A stretch of 64,000 nt of DNA, taken from positions 33,848 to 97,847 of the forward strand of contig JBGSQT010000001.1 in NCBI GenBank assembly GCA_041737965.1, in the 5' to 3' direction. The translations under genes were made by a program, and so were the position numbers. Below are positions 48,303-57,857 of the stretch, piece after piece (position 1 is the stretch's first letter; every line of letters begins with the position of its first letter). The notes under the pieces are model-generated. The model did not search any database. It had not been told where the DNA came from and saw only the letters and a program-made list of their open reading frames with translations. The DNA comes from Spirochaetota bacterium (GTDB lineage Bacteria; Spirochaetota; UBA4802; UBA5550).

Positions 48303-50216
48303 ATGCGGGGAGCGGATATGGATGCGGGGAAAGGATTAAAAAGGCTGGAAAGGCTGGCCAAGTCCCTGCTGCTGGACAAGGAGATTCCTCCGGCCGAGAT
48401 GGACCGGGTCAGAGGATTGATGCGGAATGTCAATCTCGAACCAGAGCAGAAATACAGGGAAATCATCGGTATTGTTCAGAACCTGCCGGATAAGAAGGTG
48501 CTCCTGGGCGAAGGAATAGAAGTAGCCGAGGAAAAAAAAGTTTCCGAACCGGTGAAACGCGGAGTCAGGAAAAAGCATGAGGCCAGAACATTCACCGGAC
48601 CCACTGAATCCTCTGTAAATATCGACGAAATATACGGTAAATTCAAAAATTCCAAGCTCTTCAAAAAACGCTATCTTGTCCATCGCGATAACAGGTTCGG
48701 AATCGGGTTCCGAAAACGCCTCGTCCCCTCAAAAAAATTCAAACAGATACTGGACAGGATCGCGGATATACAGGAGCTGGTCATCAATGGGCTCGTCAAT
48801 GTGCTTCATGATATAATGTTCGACACCGGTGCCCAGGACCCGACGATGTATAACTATCTCAGGGTAATGGACAGGTGGATGGCCGATGTTCCGCTCTTGC
48901 GCCAGGAATACGAGAAAATCATCTGGCTCGAGAGAAAGGAGTTCGACAGGGCCTTTAGGAAATACACCTCCTTTTTCTTCTCATTTTACAAGATAGGCGC
49001 TGCCGTCAGGGAAGGAATGATTGCAGAGATGGAGGAAAGGCTTGCCGGACGGCCGGGCGCCGCGCCCGGTGTGCCGGTGAAGGACACATACCGAATCATA
49101 ACTGCGGCCAGATTTTTCCTGCCGAATGCTCTTGATGAAAAGAACCCAATGGGGGAAGAGATATTCAAGTTAACGGGAATGAGGAATCTCGCGGATTTTC
49201 TATTCGCCACGATCGAAGCCCTTGTGTATCAGCGTCCCTTTGTAATTGAAGAACTCATTTCTTATTACGGAATAACGTCGATTTCGGTGGATGAGACGAA
49301 ATGGGACTGCAGCGATGAACTGCTCGAAAGGGCCGGAAAGGATAAGAAGGCAAAGTTGAGAGAGGAGCTGAAACGCCTCACCGATGAGTATTCCCGGTAT
49401 GAGACAATGATGTTTCTCATGAACGTGACTGAGGAGGGGGATGAGGCGCTGTCAGGACTGGTGCGGGAATACTGGCGTCAGACATACAGAAAGGAATGGG
49501 AACCGAATCATGTAAGAGAGATCAACTACCTCTTTTATATATACAGCGTGGGTGCATTGAGCGCCGACCTGTTCAATCCGCTTCTCAGCGGGACTCCGCT
49601 TAAAATGCGGGATCCGGGAAGAGAGGAGCTTGAGGGTGAGATATTTTTTCCCTCCTATTTCGAGGATGAACTGGCTTCGATTCTCGCTGCCCAGAAGGAA
49701 CTCAGATCCATGTTCCTGACCAAAACGCTTCCCCAGGCGGAAAGGGAGACGGTGAGGCGGATACTTGATGGCAGCGATCCGATCGACGCGCCCGTGTATG
49801 ATATGGTGAGGAGTTTCGGGGAGGCCTTTTACCGGATCGCGGCCGAACTCCGCAGAATTTATGACCGGCACAGGCTCTGGAAATTCAACGGCGGAGCGAT
49901 TCTGAATCAGGCGGCCATTCGATCGCCGCTTGTCAGGACAACCGATGAACCTGAGCCGCCTGCTTCCGGCGCCCCTGTCCCGTTTTTCGACTGTCTTCTT
50001 CTGGACATGCCGGGCGCGAGCCCCTTCTCCAGATATTTTCGGGGAAGGAGGATACTGGAAGACTCCGTTACCGAAGGGATTTTTCTGACACTGGCAGCGT
50101 TCTGTTTTCAGGCGGCCCGAGAATGTTTTAACGCGAGCATTGAAGAGGATATCGGCACGCGGGATGTGCTGAAGCGCAGGATTGACGAACTTTCGGGCGA
50201 AATAAACGGCCGGTAG
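48303..50216 (+). CDS. Large all-helical cytoplasmic hypothetical protein (about 637 aa)
   Basis: ORF directly after the OmpA-like gene (ATG 48303, or 48318). There is no signal peptide and I recognise no family. Confidence 0.6.
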   Translation: MRGADMDAGKGLKRLERLAKSLLLDKEIPPAEMDRVRGLMRNVNLEPEQKYREIIGIVQNLPDKKVLLGEGIEVAEEKKVSEPVKRGVRKKHEARTFTGPTESSVNIDEIYGKFKNSKLFKKRYLVHRDNRFGIGFRKRLVPSKKFKQILDRIADIQELVINGLVNVLHDIMFDTGAQDPTMYNYLRVMDRWMADVPLLRQEYEKIIWLERKEFDRAFRKYTSFFFSFYKIGAAVREGMIAEMEERLAGRPGAAPGVPVKDTYRIITAARFFLPNALDEKNPMGEEIFKLTGMRNLADFLFATIEALVYQRPFVIEELISYYGITSISVDETKWDCSDELLERAGKDKKAKLREELKRLTDEYSRYETMMFLMNVTEEGDEALSGLVREYWRQTYRKEWEPNHVREINYLFYIYSVGALSADLFNPLLSGTPLKMRDPGREELEGEIFFPSYFEDELASILAAQKELRSMFLTKTLPQAERETVRRILDGSDPIDAPVYDMVRSFGEAFYRIAAELRRIYDRHRLWKFNGGAILNQAAIRSPLVRTTDEPEPPASGAPVPFFDCLLLDMPGASPFSRYFRGRRILEDSVTEGIFLTLAAFCFQAARECFNASIEEDIGTRDVLKRRIDELSGEINGR

Positions 50217-50228
50217 AAGATTGACAAC

Positions 50229-52022
50229 GTGTTGCAGAGAAAAAAAATAAACAGCCCCCATTTCCGGGAATGCGTCATTTTTACGGTGCTGGTCTTTATC
50301 TCCCTGTTGTTTCGTAATGACGCGCTCAGAGGGGATGAACTGCCATCAGGAAATATTTTCTCGCCGGATATCGGCACGACCAGATTTGAAGCGGTGGAAA
50401 TGGGAGACGTCAGAGATTTCGCGATCCACGGCGATTTTGCATATGTTCTGGTGCGGCAGTTCAACATGATCACCGACTCGATATTCAAGATCGGCAGGAA
50501 TGACGGGCGGATCGTCAGAATATGGGGGATCGGAAACTTCAGTTCGTCAGCCATCGAGTCGGATGGAAAGCATCTGTACGTTCTCGGCGAGAAGTGCGGG
50601 CATTTTATCAGGGTATTTTCGATGAACGGCGACTGGGTACGTACCCTGAAACTGAAGGATGGGCCGTCAGGATCCCTGTTCGGACTCGGAATTTCGGAAG
50701 ATAAGCTGTATTACACGCTTTTTGACGGTGTGAAATCCGAACTCTGCGTGTATGATAAAAAATCGGAAACCTCGAAATCGATTTACACATTCAACAATAA
50801 GATCGAATCCCTCGCCATGGTGTCCGGCCGTGTGGTGATGTACCAGAATTATTTCGACGCCTATTCATCCCACTGGATGGGGGTGGTGGATTTTAATCCC
50901 CTCAGGTACCGAGTGGTCCGCTTTTTAAACGACAGCGCCATCGGTTTGTCCGCGGGACCTTCGGGAACGGCATATTATCTTTCAGGAGGCAGCAGGCAGT
51001 TCAGGATAACGCCGTTTGTCCTGCTGGACGATGACCGGACCGTGGCAGCAAATCCCCGGAAAAAGAAGGTGACCGTCACGTTCCATCTGTCAGGGACCGC
51101 AAACCCCTCGAAGATGCAACTGTGGATACCATGTCCCTGGGAAACGAAATTCCAGAGGGTAAGCAACCTCGTATTGGCTCCGGCGCCGAAGGAGTACGCG
51201 ACGGACAGGTTCGGCAATAAATGGGCGGGATATCAGGATGATCAGTATCGGGGAAAAAGCACGGTTGAAATGAAATTCGATCTTCAAACCGCAGAAGCGG
51301 CCTATACTGTTGACAAATTTGCCCCATATTCCAATAAGATGATCCCCGAGACTATCCTCGAAGAATATGCCGGATCTACAGATCTCAATGAAAAGGACTC
51401 GCCTGAACTGCTTGCGGCCCTTACGGTAATGCCCAGGGAATATCTTCACATTTCAAGGCTTCTTGGGCTGAGAAATTACCTCCAGGAGAAACTGCGGGCG
51501 GGCGCCGATGACTCCGGATGCCTAACCGCGGAGTGCGTTCTCAAAAAAGGCAAATGCGGCGGCCAGGGCTTTTCTCTTGTCATGTCGGCGTTGTCCAGGT
51601 TGTACGGCATCCCCGTGAGATCAACCGGAGGGTATTTGATCGCACCGGAAACCGGGGATGATACGGCTGAAGCGATGTATTGGAACCAGTGGTACATGCC
51701 CGGTTACGGATGGATCGACGTGAATTCGGGAGTTGTCGGGCCGAAGGATTCCCCGTCTCAAAAAGGGGATTTTTGCTACATCGGCAACGGGCGCTGTATG
51801 ATGTTTGCGGGCGATTTAGGGACTCCGGATTATAAAGAGATATTCGCGGCCGGCGAATGGCGTTACGTCCTGAAGAGCGAACCGGCCGAAAAAGGGAAGA
51901 ACGCGCGGGTAGAAGTTTCAACTATTACTGTGAAAGGCGAGAATATCGCGGCAGAAAAAAAGAAGAGACCGGTGCGAAGGCCGGTTCGAAGGCCGGTGCG
52001 CCGCAGATCGAGAAAAAAATAA
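50229..52022 (+). CDS. Membrane-anchored protein with a beta-propeller-like N-region and a transglutaminase-like core domain
   Basis: N-terminal anchor VIFTVLVFISLLF. The block GKCGGQGFSLVMSALSRLYGIPVRSTGGY....WNQWYMPGYGWIDVN resembles the transglutaminase core. The tail is basic (RPVRRPVRRPVRRRSRKK). Confidence 0.6.
   Translation: MLQRKKINSPHFRECVIFTVLVFISLLFRNDALRGDELPSGNIFSPDIGTTRFEAVEMGDVRDFAIHGDFAYVLVRQFNMITDSIFKIGRNDGRIVRIWGIGNFSSSAIESDGKHLYVLGEKCGHFIRVFSMNGDWVRTLKLKDGPSGSLFGLGISEDKLYYTLFDGVKSELCVYDKKSETSKSIYTFNNKIESLAMVSGRVVMYQNYFDAYSSHWMGVVDFNPLRYRVVRFLNDSAIGLSAGPSGTAYYLSGGSRQFRITPFVLLDDDRTVAANPRKKKVTVTFHLSGTANPSKMQLWIPCPWETKFQRVSNLVLAPAPKEYATDRFGNKWAGYQDDQYRGKSTVEMKFDLQTAEAAYTVDKFAPYSNKMIPETILEEYAGSTDLNEKDSPELLAALTVMPREYLHISRLLGLRNYLQEKLRAGADDSGCLTAECVLKKGKCGGQGFSLVMSALSRLYGIPVRSTGGYLIAPETGDDTAEAMYWNQWYMPGYGWIDVNSGVVGPKDSPSQKGDFCYIGNGRCMMFAGDLGTPDYKEIFAAGEWRYVLKSEPAEKGKNARVEVSTITVKGENIAAEKKKRPVRRPVRRPVRRRSRKK
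51969..52004 (+). repeat. Three tandem 12-bp units encoding (RPVR)x3
   Basis: ccggtgcgaagg / ccggttcgaagg / ccggtgcgccgc. Confidence 0.8.
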
Positions 52023-52134
52023 TTGTGTATCAATCGGACCTTTGGAACCGGCTGGGACCCCCCCCAAATGTCCGATGACGGCAGTTATAAACATGCCGGC
52101 GAAAGGCATCACATCAAGATGAAGGAAGAACGAC

Positions 52135-53199
52135 ATGAGTGACCGAGTAAAAGGGGACCGAAATGTCCCCCGGCTCACGGAAACCGTTACCGGATCCGGC
52201 TGAGCGGCCAAGATGGGTCCGTGTGACCTGGCAGACGCCATAAAAGGCATAACACCGCCCGATGATCCTGCGGTAATCGTGGGCCTCGGATCAAACGACG
52301 ACGCGGGGGTCATCAGGTTGGGCGACGATATCGCCCTTATACAGACCGTGGACTTCATCACTCCGCTGGTGGATGATCCTTATGCCTTCGGTATGATCGC
52401 CGCATGCAACAGCCTTTCGGACGTTTACGCCATGGGAGGCGTCCCCTATACCGCGCTGAATATCGTATGCTTCCCCACTGAAATTTTTTCACTGGATGTT
52501 CTTCGCGAGGTGCTCGCTGGAGGGCTCGAGATATGCACAAGGGCGGGATGCCGGCTCCTTGGAGGTCACAGCGTGACGGACAAGGAGATGAAGTTCGGCC
52601 TCTCCGTCACCGGGCTGGTTCATCCCGATAAAGTTTTACTGAACAGGGGAATCAGGGCGGGTGATGTGCTGGTTCTGACCAAACCGCTCGGTACCGGCGT
52701 CATCGCGACTGCGGTAAAGGCCGGGCTTTCCGGGAGGGAAACGGTGGAGCCGTTCATCCGTTCAATGACGTCGCTCAACGATACGGCGGCTCGGATAACG
52801 GCAGATTTCCCCGTTCACGCATGCACTGACGTCACCGGATTCGGACTGGCGGGGCATATAAGTGAAATGCTGGGGAATGAGAATATAATTGTAGAAATCG
52901 ATTCTGCGGCGATTCCGCTGCTGCCCGGGGCCGCGGAATGCGCAAGGAACGGCCTGATTCCCGGTGGCAGGTACAAAAACGAGGATTTCACCAGGGGATT
53001 GTTCTCGTCAGCGGACGGGATACCCCGCGAAATGACGGATCTCGTCTTTGATCCCCAGACTTCAGGCGGGCTCCTTATCTCCCTGCCGGAGAAGGATGGC
53101 GTGCAATTGGTCGCCCGCCTTCGCGATGCGGGAATACGCGACGCCGCGATTGTCGCCGCGGTTGCCGCGGGAGATATCCCCATCATCAAACTCAAATGA
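52135..53199 (+). CDS. selD: Selenide, water dikinase (selenophosphate synthetase) with an in-frame TGA read as selenocysteine at 52201-52203
   Basis: Reading from ATG 52135 gives MSDRVKGDRNVPRLTETVTGSG-TGA-AAKMGP.... This aligns with the E. coli SelD segment IRLTQYSHGAGCGCK, with the TGA on catalytic Cys17 and Lys on Lys20. The remainder (DDAGV, DFITP.VDDPY.FG, GGHS, TDVTGFGL.GH) is canonical SelD. Confidence 0.85.
52214..52230 (+). promoter_or_regulatory. SECIS-like hairpin downstream of the selD TGA
   Basis: Stem tgggtc/gacctg (4 Watson-Crick plus 2 G-U pairs) with loop cgtgt, starting 10-11 nt after the TGA. Confidence 0.45.
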
Positions 53200-53384
53200 T
53201 CACCGAAACGCCTCCATCGCCGCCGAAAAACGGGCGGGTGGCCAATATAATTTTATTCCGGTGACCAAATTAATCTTGAATTATTCCAATAACGGGTATA
53301 ATTGAATCTCCGGCAAAGATCTCACCGGATTAGGGCCGCGTTCCCATGCCGGCACGGATGTGGTAATTCAGGACAGGACCGAAA

Positions 53385-54401
53385 ATGATAACTGGGGCAT
53401 CCCTGCTGAAACATTCGGAAGAGAATGTAAATTTCCTGAAAAATGTGGCAGTGTTTTCGCTTCTCTCGCCTGAAGAGACGGCGATGATACTGCATCATTT
53501 TGATTTCGTGGAAATTGGCGGGAACAGAACGCTGTTCAGGGAGGGGGACAAGGGAAACGAGCTGTTCATAATAAAAAGCGGCAAGGTCAGGACATCCATC
53601 AGCCTTTCCGGCGGGGAAGAGAAGGATATAGCCTCCTTTACATCTGGTGATTTTTTCGGGGAAATGTCGATTTTCGACGATGAGCCGAGATCGGCCACCT
53701 GCCGCACCGTTGAAAAGACGGAACTCGTGATCCTGAAAGGGGAGAGTCTTTTCGAAATGATTGAGACTAACCCAGAGATTTCGATCAAGATCATGTACCG
53801 GATGCTGAACATCACCACCAGAAGGCTCAGGGACACTGGTGAATTCCTTTCTGACATGGTACAATGGGGAGAGGAGGCAAGAAAAAGGACGATTACCGAT
53901 GAACTCACTGGCGTGTACAACAGGCGGTTTCTCGAGGAATCCTTCACGCAGATTTTCGAATCGGCAAGAAGAAACTCCAAGCCCCTGTCCATGGTCATGG
54001 CGGACCTTGATGATTTCAGGCAGATCAACGAGATTTACGGACATGAAAAAGGGGACAGGGTAATCCTTGAAGTTGTGGGAATTTTCAGGCGCCATCTTCG
54101 TGACACTGACATTCTTGCGCGTTACGGCGGCGACGAATTCACCGTCCTTATGCCGGACACTGATCTCGATGCGGCGATGGAAATATCGGAACGTATAAGG
54201 TCCGATGTTGAAAGGCTCGATCTTCTGAACGATCCCGCCGGGGTCTCGCACTCCATGCACAGGGTCACTGCAAGCCAGGGACTCGCCTGTTATCCGGACA
54301 CCGCGGATTCAGGTGAGTCTCTGAAGGAATCAGCGGATCGGGCGCTCTACAAGGCGAAGGAGAGCGGGAGAAACAGGGTTTTTTGCGAAGGTATTGGATA
54401 A
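53385..54401 (+). CDS. Cyclic-nucleotide-binding domain fused to a GGDEF diguanylate cyclase
   Basis: N-terminal GDFFGEMS...PRSATC cassette. C-terminal DELTGVYNRR, DLDDFRQIN and RYGGDEF. Confidence 0.9.
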   Translation: MITGASLLKHSEENVNFLKNVAVFSLLSPEETAMILHHFDFVEIGGNRTLFREGDKGNELFIIKSGKVRTSISLSGGEEKDIASFTSGDFFGEMSIFDDEPRSATCRTVEKTELVILKGESLFEMIETNPEISIKIMYRMLNITTRRLRDTGEFLSDMVQWGEEARKRTITDELTGVYNRRFLEESFTQIFESARRNSKPLSMVMADLDDFRQINEIYGHEKGDRVILEVVGIFRRHLRDTDILARYGGDEFTVLMPDTDLDAAMEISERIRSDVERLDLLNDPAGVSHSMHRVTASQGLACYPDTADSGESLKESADRALYKAKESGRNRVFCEGIG

Positions 54402-54419
54402 TCGGGTACGGGTAATAAA

Positions 54420-55571
54420 ATGAAAAAGAAGACAATCGATACGATACACGAGAAGAACAGCATAATCGGAAACATCATCGACGCGATTCTGACGAGGAAC
54501 AATTTTCTGGTGATGGGACACATAATGCCGGATGAGGACTGTATCGGTGCGATCGTTGCATCGGCGCTCATGATCAGCAAGTTTTCCAAGGACGTGCAGA
54601 TATTCATAGACTCCGGCCTTCACGAGCATTTTCAGTATCTGATAAGCATATGTGAATACAACTCCATCAAGGTCGCCTATACACCCGAACAGATAGAAAA
54701 AAAAATCGACACCGTATTCGTGTGCGACACGCCGAAGCCGTCCATGATAAGGCAGGACGGCGTTCTCCTCTCCCTGATGAAGGATCCCGGTGTCATAAAG
54801 ATAGAGATCGACCACCACATCGGCGCGGACAGCGAATACATCGGCGACAAGGGGTACTGCCTGGTAACCGAAGCCTCCTCTGCCAGTGAGCTTGTGGGCC
54901 TGGTGGCGCTGAAGCTCATGAAAAGGACCGAAATACTCCAGCAATACAACATAACGAATTTCATGACCAGGAACATCGTTCTTTCAATACTCACCGGCAT
55001 TATCGGGGATTCCAAAATGGGGCAGTTCCTGAAGTCGAAGAGGGAAAAAAGGTATTACCGCATGTTCAGCACGCTTTACAACAGCTTGCTGGTCACCGAA
55101 ACGGTGAAAAAAACGAATTTCATGAACATGGAGCAGGTATTTAAGGAGATCCAGCGGCTTTCAAACCATGAGGAGCGATGCCATAACTATATTATCGAAA
55201 GAAAAGCCATGGCTCCGTCAGTGGGCTATGTCATTCTGACGCAGGAAGACATGAAAACGCTCAACGGCCTTTTCGACAGTGAAATCATCGTAAATTCCAT
55301 GAGGGTCGTCGCGGACGACCTTGCCGAGGAGAGCGGCAAACTGAGCCTCGTGGTATCCGACGATCCCTCGTCCGATCTCGTGCAGTTCCGCATGCGCCGG
55401 AGTCACGGCTACAAAGGCTATGATGTGAGGGACATGCTGACGCAGTTTTCTATAGAAAACGGCGGGGGGCACGAGGGGGCCATCGGGTTCAGGATGAAAA
55501 GAGACCGGATAGGAAACCTCGATGAATACGTAAGGGAATTAATAGAGGGTGTGAGAAAGGTCATTCCCTGA
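54420..55571 (+). CDS. DHH/DHHA1 phosphoesterase (NrnA-like nanoRNase / pAp phosphatase family)
   Basis: Motifs GHIMPDEDCIGA, VCDT, IDHH and GGGHEGAIGF. Confidence 0.82.
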   Translation: MKKKTIDTIHEKNSIIGNIIDAILTRNNFLVMGHIMPDEDCIGAIVASALMISKFSKDVQIFIDSGLHEHFQYLISICEYNSIKVAYTPEQIEKKIDTVFVCDTPKPSMIRQDGVLLSLMKDPGVIKIEIDHHIGADSEYIGDKGYCLVTEASSASELVGLVALKLMKRTEILQQYNITNFMTRNIVLSILTGIIGDSKMGQFLKSKREKRYYRMFSTLYNSLLVTETVKKTNFMNMEQVFKEIQRLSNHEERCHNYIIERKAMAPSVGYVILTQEDMKTLNGLFDSEIIVNSMRVVADDLAEESGKLSLVVSDDPSSDLVQFRMRRSHGYKGYDVRDMLTQFSIENGGGHEGAIGFRMKRDRIGNLDEYVRELIEGVRKVIP

Positions 55572-56787
55572 ACGTCAGCATGATTTCGACGATTTCCGGC
55601 CTGTTGCCGGTTCGTACCGGCGGACCCCAGGTACCGAAGCCCGTGGACACATAATAATGGGTGTTTTCGATCCTGGCGTATCCGTATCCAACCTGATAAA
55701 TCAACGCGACTATAAAGTTAAGCGGCCACAGCTGGCCGTTGTGAGTGTGGCCTGAGAGCTGGATATCAACACCGTTTTCAGCCGCTTCTTCAAGATGGAA
55801 AGGCTGGTGGTCCATGCAGATTATCGGGCGTTTCCTGTCCACGCCGTTCAATATCGCGGCAAGCGATTTTCTCCTGACGCCGGTAAACCTGTTTTTTGTA
55901 AGATCCTCCCTCCCTGCGAGGACCACCGAGCCTCCGATGACGGTATGGGCGTCACGAAGCACGGTTATCCCGTGCTCCTCCATGTACCGGCACGCCGCCT
56001 CGGCTCCGCCGATGTACTCGTGATTTCCGGTAATGGCGAATGTTCCGTATTTGGAACGTATCTGCCTGAGCTGTTCGCCGAGGTTCATTTCAATCACCGG
56101 TTTCAGGTCCTCATCAACGATATCGCCTCCCAATAAAACGACATCGGGATTGCACGAATTGATCGCATCAACGAGGGTGCGCACCCTGGAATTGCTGATT
56201 ATGGTGCCCAGGTGTATGTCCGTGGCCATGACTATTTTCAAATTCCTGAGCGTACCCGCGTTTTTGCCGATTTCCAGATTAAGTTTCTGAATTCTCGGAT
56301 GGATTGAATTGATGTGACCCGCGAAGACCAGGGCAAGAGAGGCGGTGACGGCAAAGAGAAAGGCGGCGATTTTAACAGTGCCGTATCGTTCCCCGGCCCA
56401 GACGGGGAAGAATTTAAAAAAGTAATCGCCGGCGCGGAGAAGATCGAAGAAAAGGACGAAGAGCAGGAGATACAGTATCATCGCGAGCCAGAACGAACCG
56501 GTCCAGATAAGGACCTTGCTGAACGTGCAGACAGATATATGTTCGGTGACACGGCCCGCGATGTATGACGTCGCAAAAAAGAAAAACAGGAACGCGTATG
56601 GTATTCTGAGGGCCGCGCTGTCGGGCAGCGCCTGCCATCCCCGTATAAAAAGATAGGAGTGGACCGATATATAAATGAGCAGTACGACCGAAATAAACAC
56701 TACGAAATCTGATGTTTTCATGGCTCCCTTGCAAGGACCTCCCGGTATTTCCGCAGAAGACGTGCGGCTGATCATAGATGTATCCAT
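55561..56787 (-). CDS. Membrane-anchored calcineurin-like metallophosphoesterase (YkuE-like)
   Basis: N-terminal TM helices, then TDIHLG, GGDIVDE, GNHE and SGHTHNGQ. The start may be 56721. Confidence 0.8.
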   Translation of the reverse strand: MDTSMISRTSSAEIPGGPCKGAMKTSDFVVFISVVLLIYISVHSYLFIRGWQALPDSAALRIPYAFLFFFFATSYIAGRVTEHISVCTFSKVLIWTGSFWLAMILYLLLFVLFFDLLRAGDYFFKFFPVWAGERYGTVKIAAFLFAVTASLALVFAGHINSIHPRIQKLNLEIGKNAGTLRNLKIVMATDIHLGTIISNSRVRTLVDAINSCNPDVVLLGGDIVDEDLKPVIEMNLGEQLRQIRSKYGTFAITGNHEYIGGAEAACRYMEEHGITVLRDAHTVIGGSVVLAGREDLTKNRFTGVRRKSLAAILNGVDRKRPIICMDHQPFHLEEAAENGVDIQLSGHTHNGQLWPLNFIVALIYQVGYGYARIENTHYYVSTGFGTWGPPVRTGNRPEIVEIMLTFRE

Positions 56788-56861
56788 CAGGCAGTCTTGT
56801 CAAGAGATTTGAGGGTCTGTCCCGTCGTATTCATCTTGACAGTCACCTGCGCGGATATACA

Positions 56862-57857
56862 ATGAATAACAATCAACATTTCTACAAGGAGCCGACCATG
56901 TCCGATACGTCATCCAAGAATGATATTCCGATGCTGGATTCCCAGTGGAAAAGCGGGCTCTCCAGTGTCGTCGATACACTGTGCGAATCCGGTTCCTATA
57001 ACACGGTGTTTCATCGGGCCAATCACGAGATTCCGATGCCCTCAATCGACGACCTCAACATGATCGTGTACAGGCTGAAAACGGTCCTCTTCCCCGGCTA
57101 TTTCGCGCATTCCGAACTGAGGCCGGAAACGATGAAATACTACATCGGATTCACGCTCGATTCCGTGCTCAAGGATCTTGCCGAGCAGATAAAGCGCGGT
57201 GAGTGCTTCTCATGCCCTGAAGGGCTTGAGGCGAGCTGTGTGGACTGTGATCTCAGGGCCCGGCAGAAAGCCGGCCAGTTCATCCGGGAACTGCCGAAAA
57301 TACGTGAAATGCTGGCTCTTGACGCCAAGGCCGCGTACGAAGGGGACCCGGCGGCGAAAGGGGTGGGTGAGGCGATATTCTGCTATCCCAGCATGACGGC
57401 AATGACCAACTATCGGATAGCCCACGAGCTCTACGGCCTTGATGTTCAGCTCATCCCGAGGATAATCACGGAAATGGCCCATTCCTCCACTGGAATCGAC
57501 ATTCACCCCGGCGCGAGGATCGGCAAGAGCTTTTTCATCGATCACGGTACCGGGACGGTCATAGGGGAAACATGCGTAATCGGAAAAAACGTGAGGATAT
57601 ACCAGGGGGTGACGCTGGGGGCAAAGCATTTCCCCCTGGATGACAAAGGTAGGCCAATCAAGGGAATACCAAGGCACCCCATTGTCGAGGACGATGTAGT
57701 GATCTACTCCGGTGCGACAATCCTCGGGAGGGTCACCATCGGTAAAGGCGCCGAAATAGGCGGAAATGTCTGGCTTACCGGCGATGTGCCCCCCGGCGGA
57801 AAAATCGTGCAGGGGAGGGCGGAGGAGTTCCGGTTCGGCGACGGCGGGGGGATATGA
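56862..57857 (+). CDS. cysE: Serine O-acetyltransferase
   Basis: Hexapeptide core DIHPGARIGKSFFIDHGTGTVIGETCVIGKNVRIYQGVTLG with an N-terminal helical SATase domain. The start is taken at ATG 56862. Confidence 0.83.
   Translation: MNNNQHFYKEPTMSDTSSKNDIPMLDSQWKSGLSSVVDTLCESGSYNTVFHRANHEIPMPSIDDLNMIVYRLKTVLFPGYFAHSELRPETMKYYIGFTLDSVLKDLAEQIKRGECFSCPEGLEASCVDCDLRARQKAGQFIRELPKIREMLALDAKAAYEGDPAAKGVGEAIFCYPSMTAMTNYRIAHELYGLDVQLIPRIITEMAHSSTGIDIHPGARIGKSFFIDHGTGTVIGETCVIGKNVRIYQGVTLGAKHFPLDDKGRPIKGIPRHPIVEDDVVIYSGATILGRVTIGKGAEIGGNVWLTGDVPPGGKIVQGRAEEFRFGDGGGI

Noticed and set aside
49452-50261. A 269-aa minus-strand ORF.
   Set aside because: It is antisense to the 3' end of the 637-aa gene and the start of the transglutaminase-like gene. 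It crosses the intergenic gap and has no motifs.
53322-54260. A 312-aa minus-strand ORF.
   Set aside because: It is antisense to the CNB-GGDEF gene, which carries clear domain motifs.
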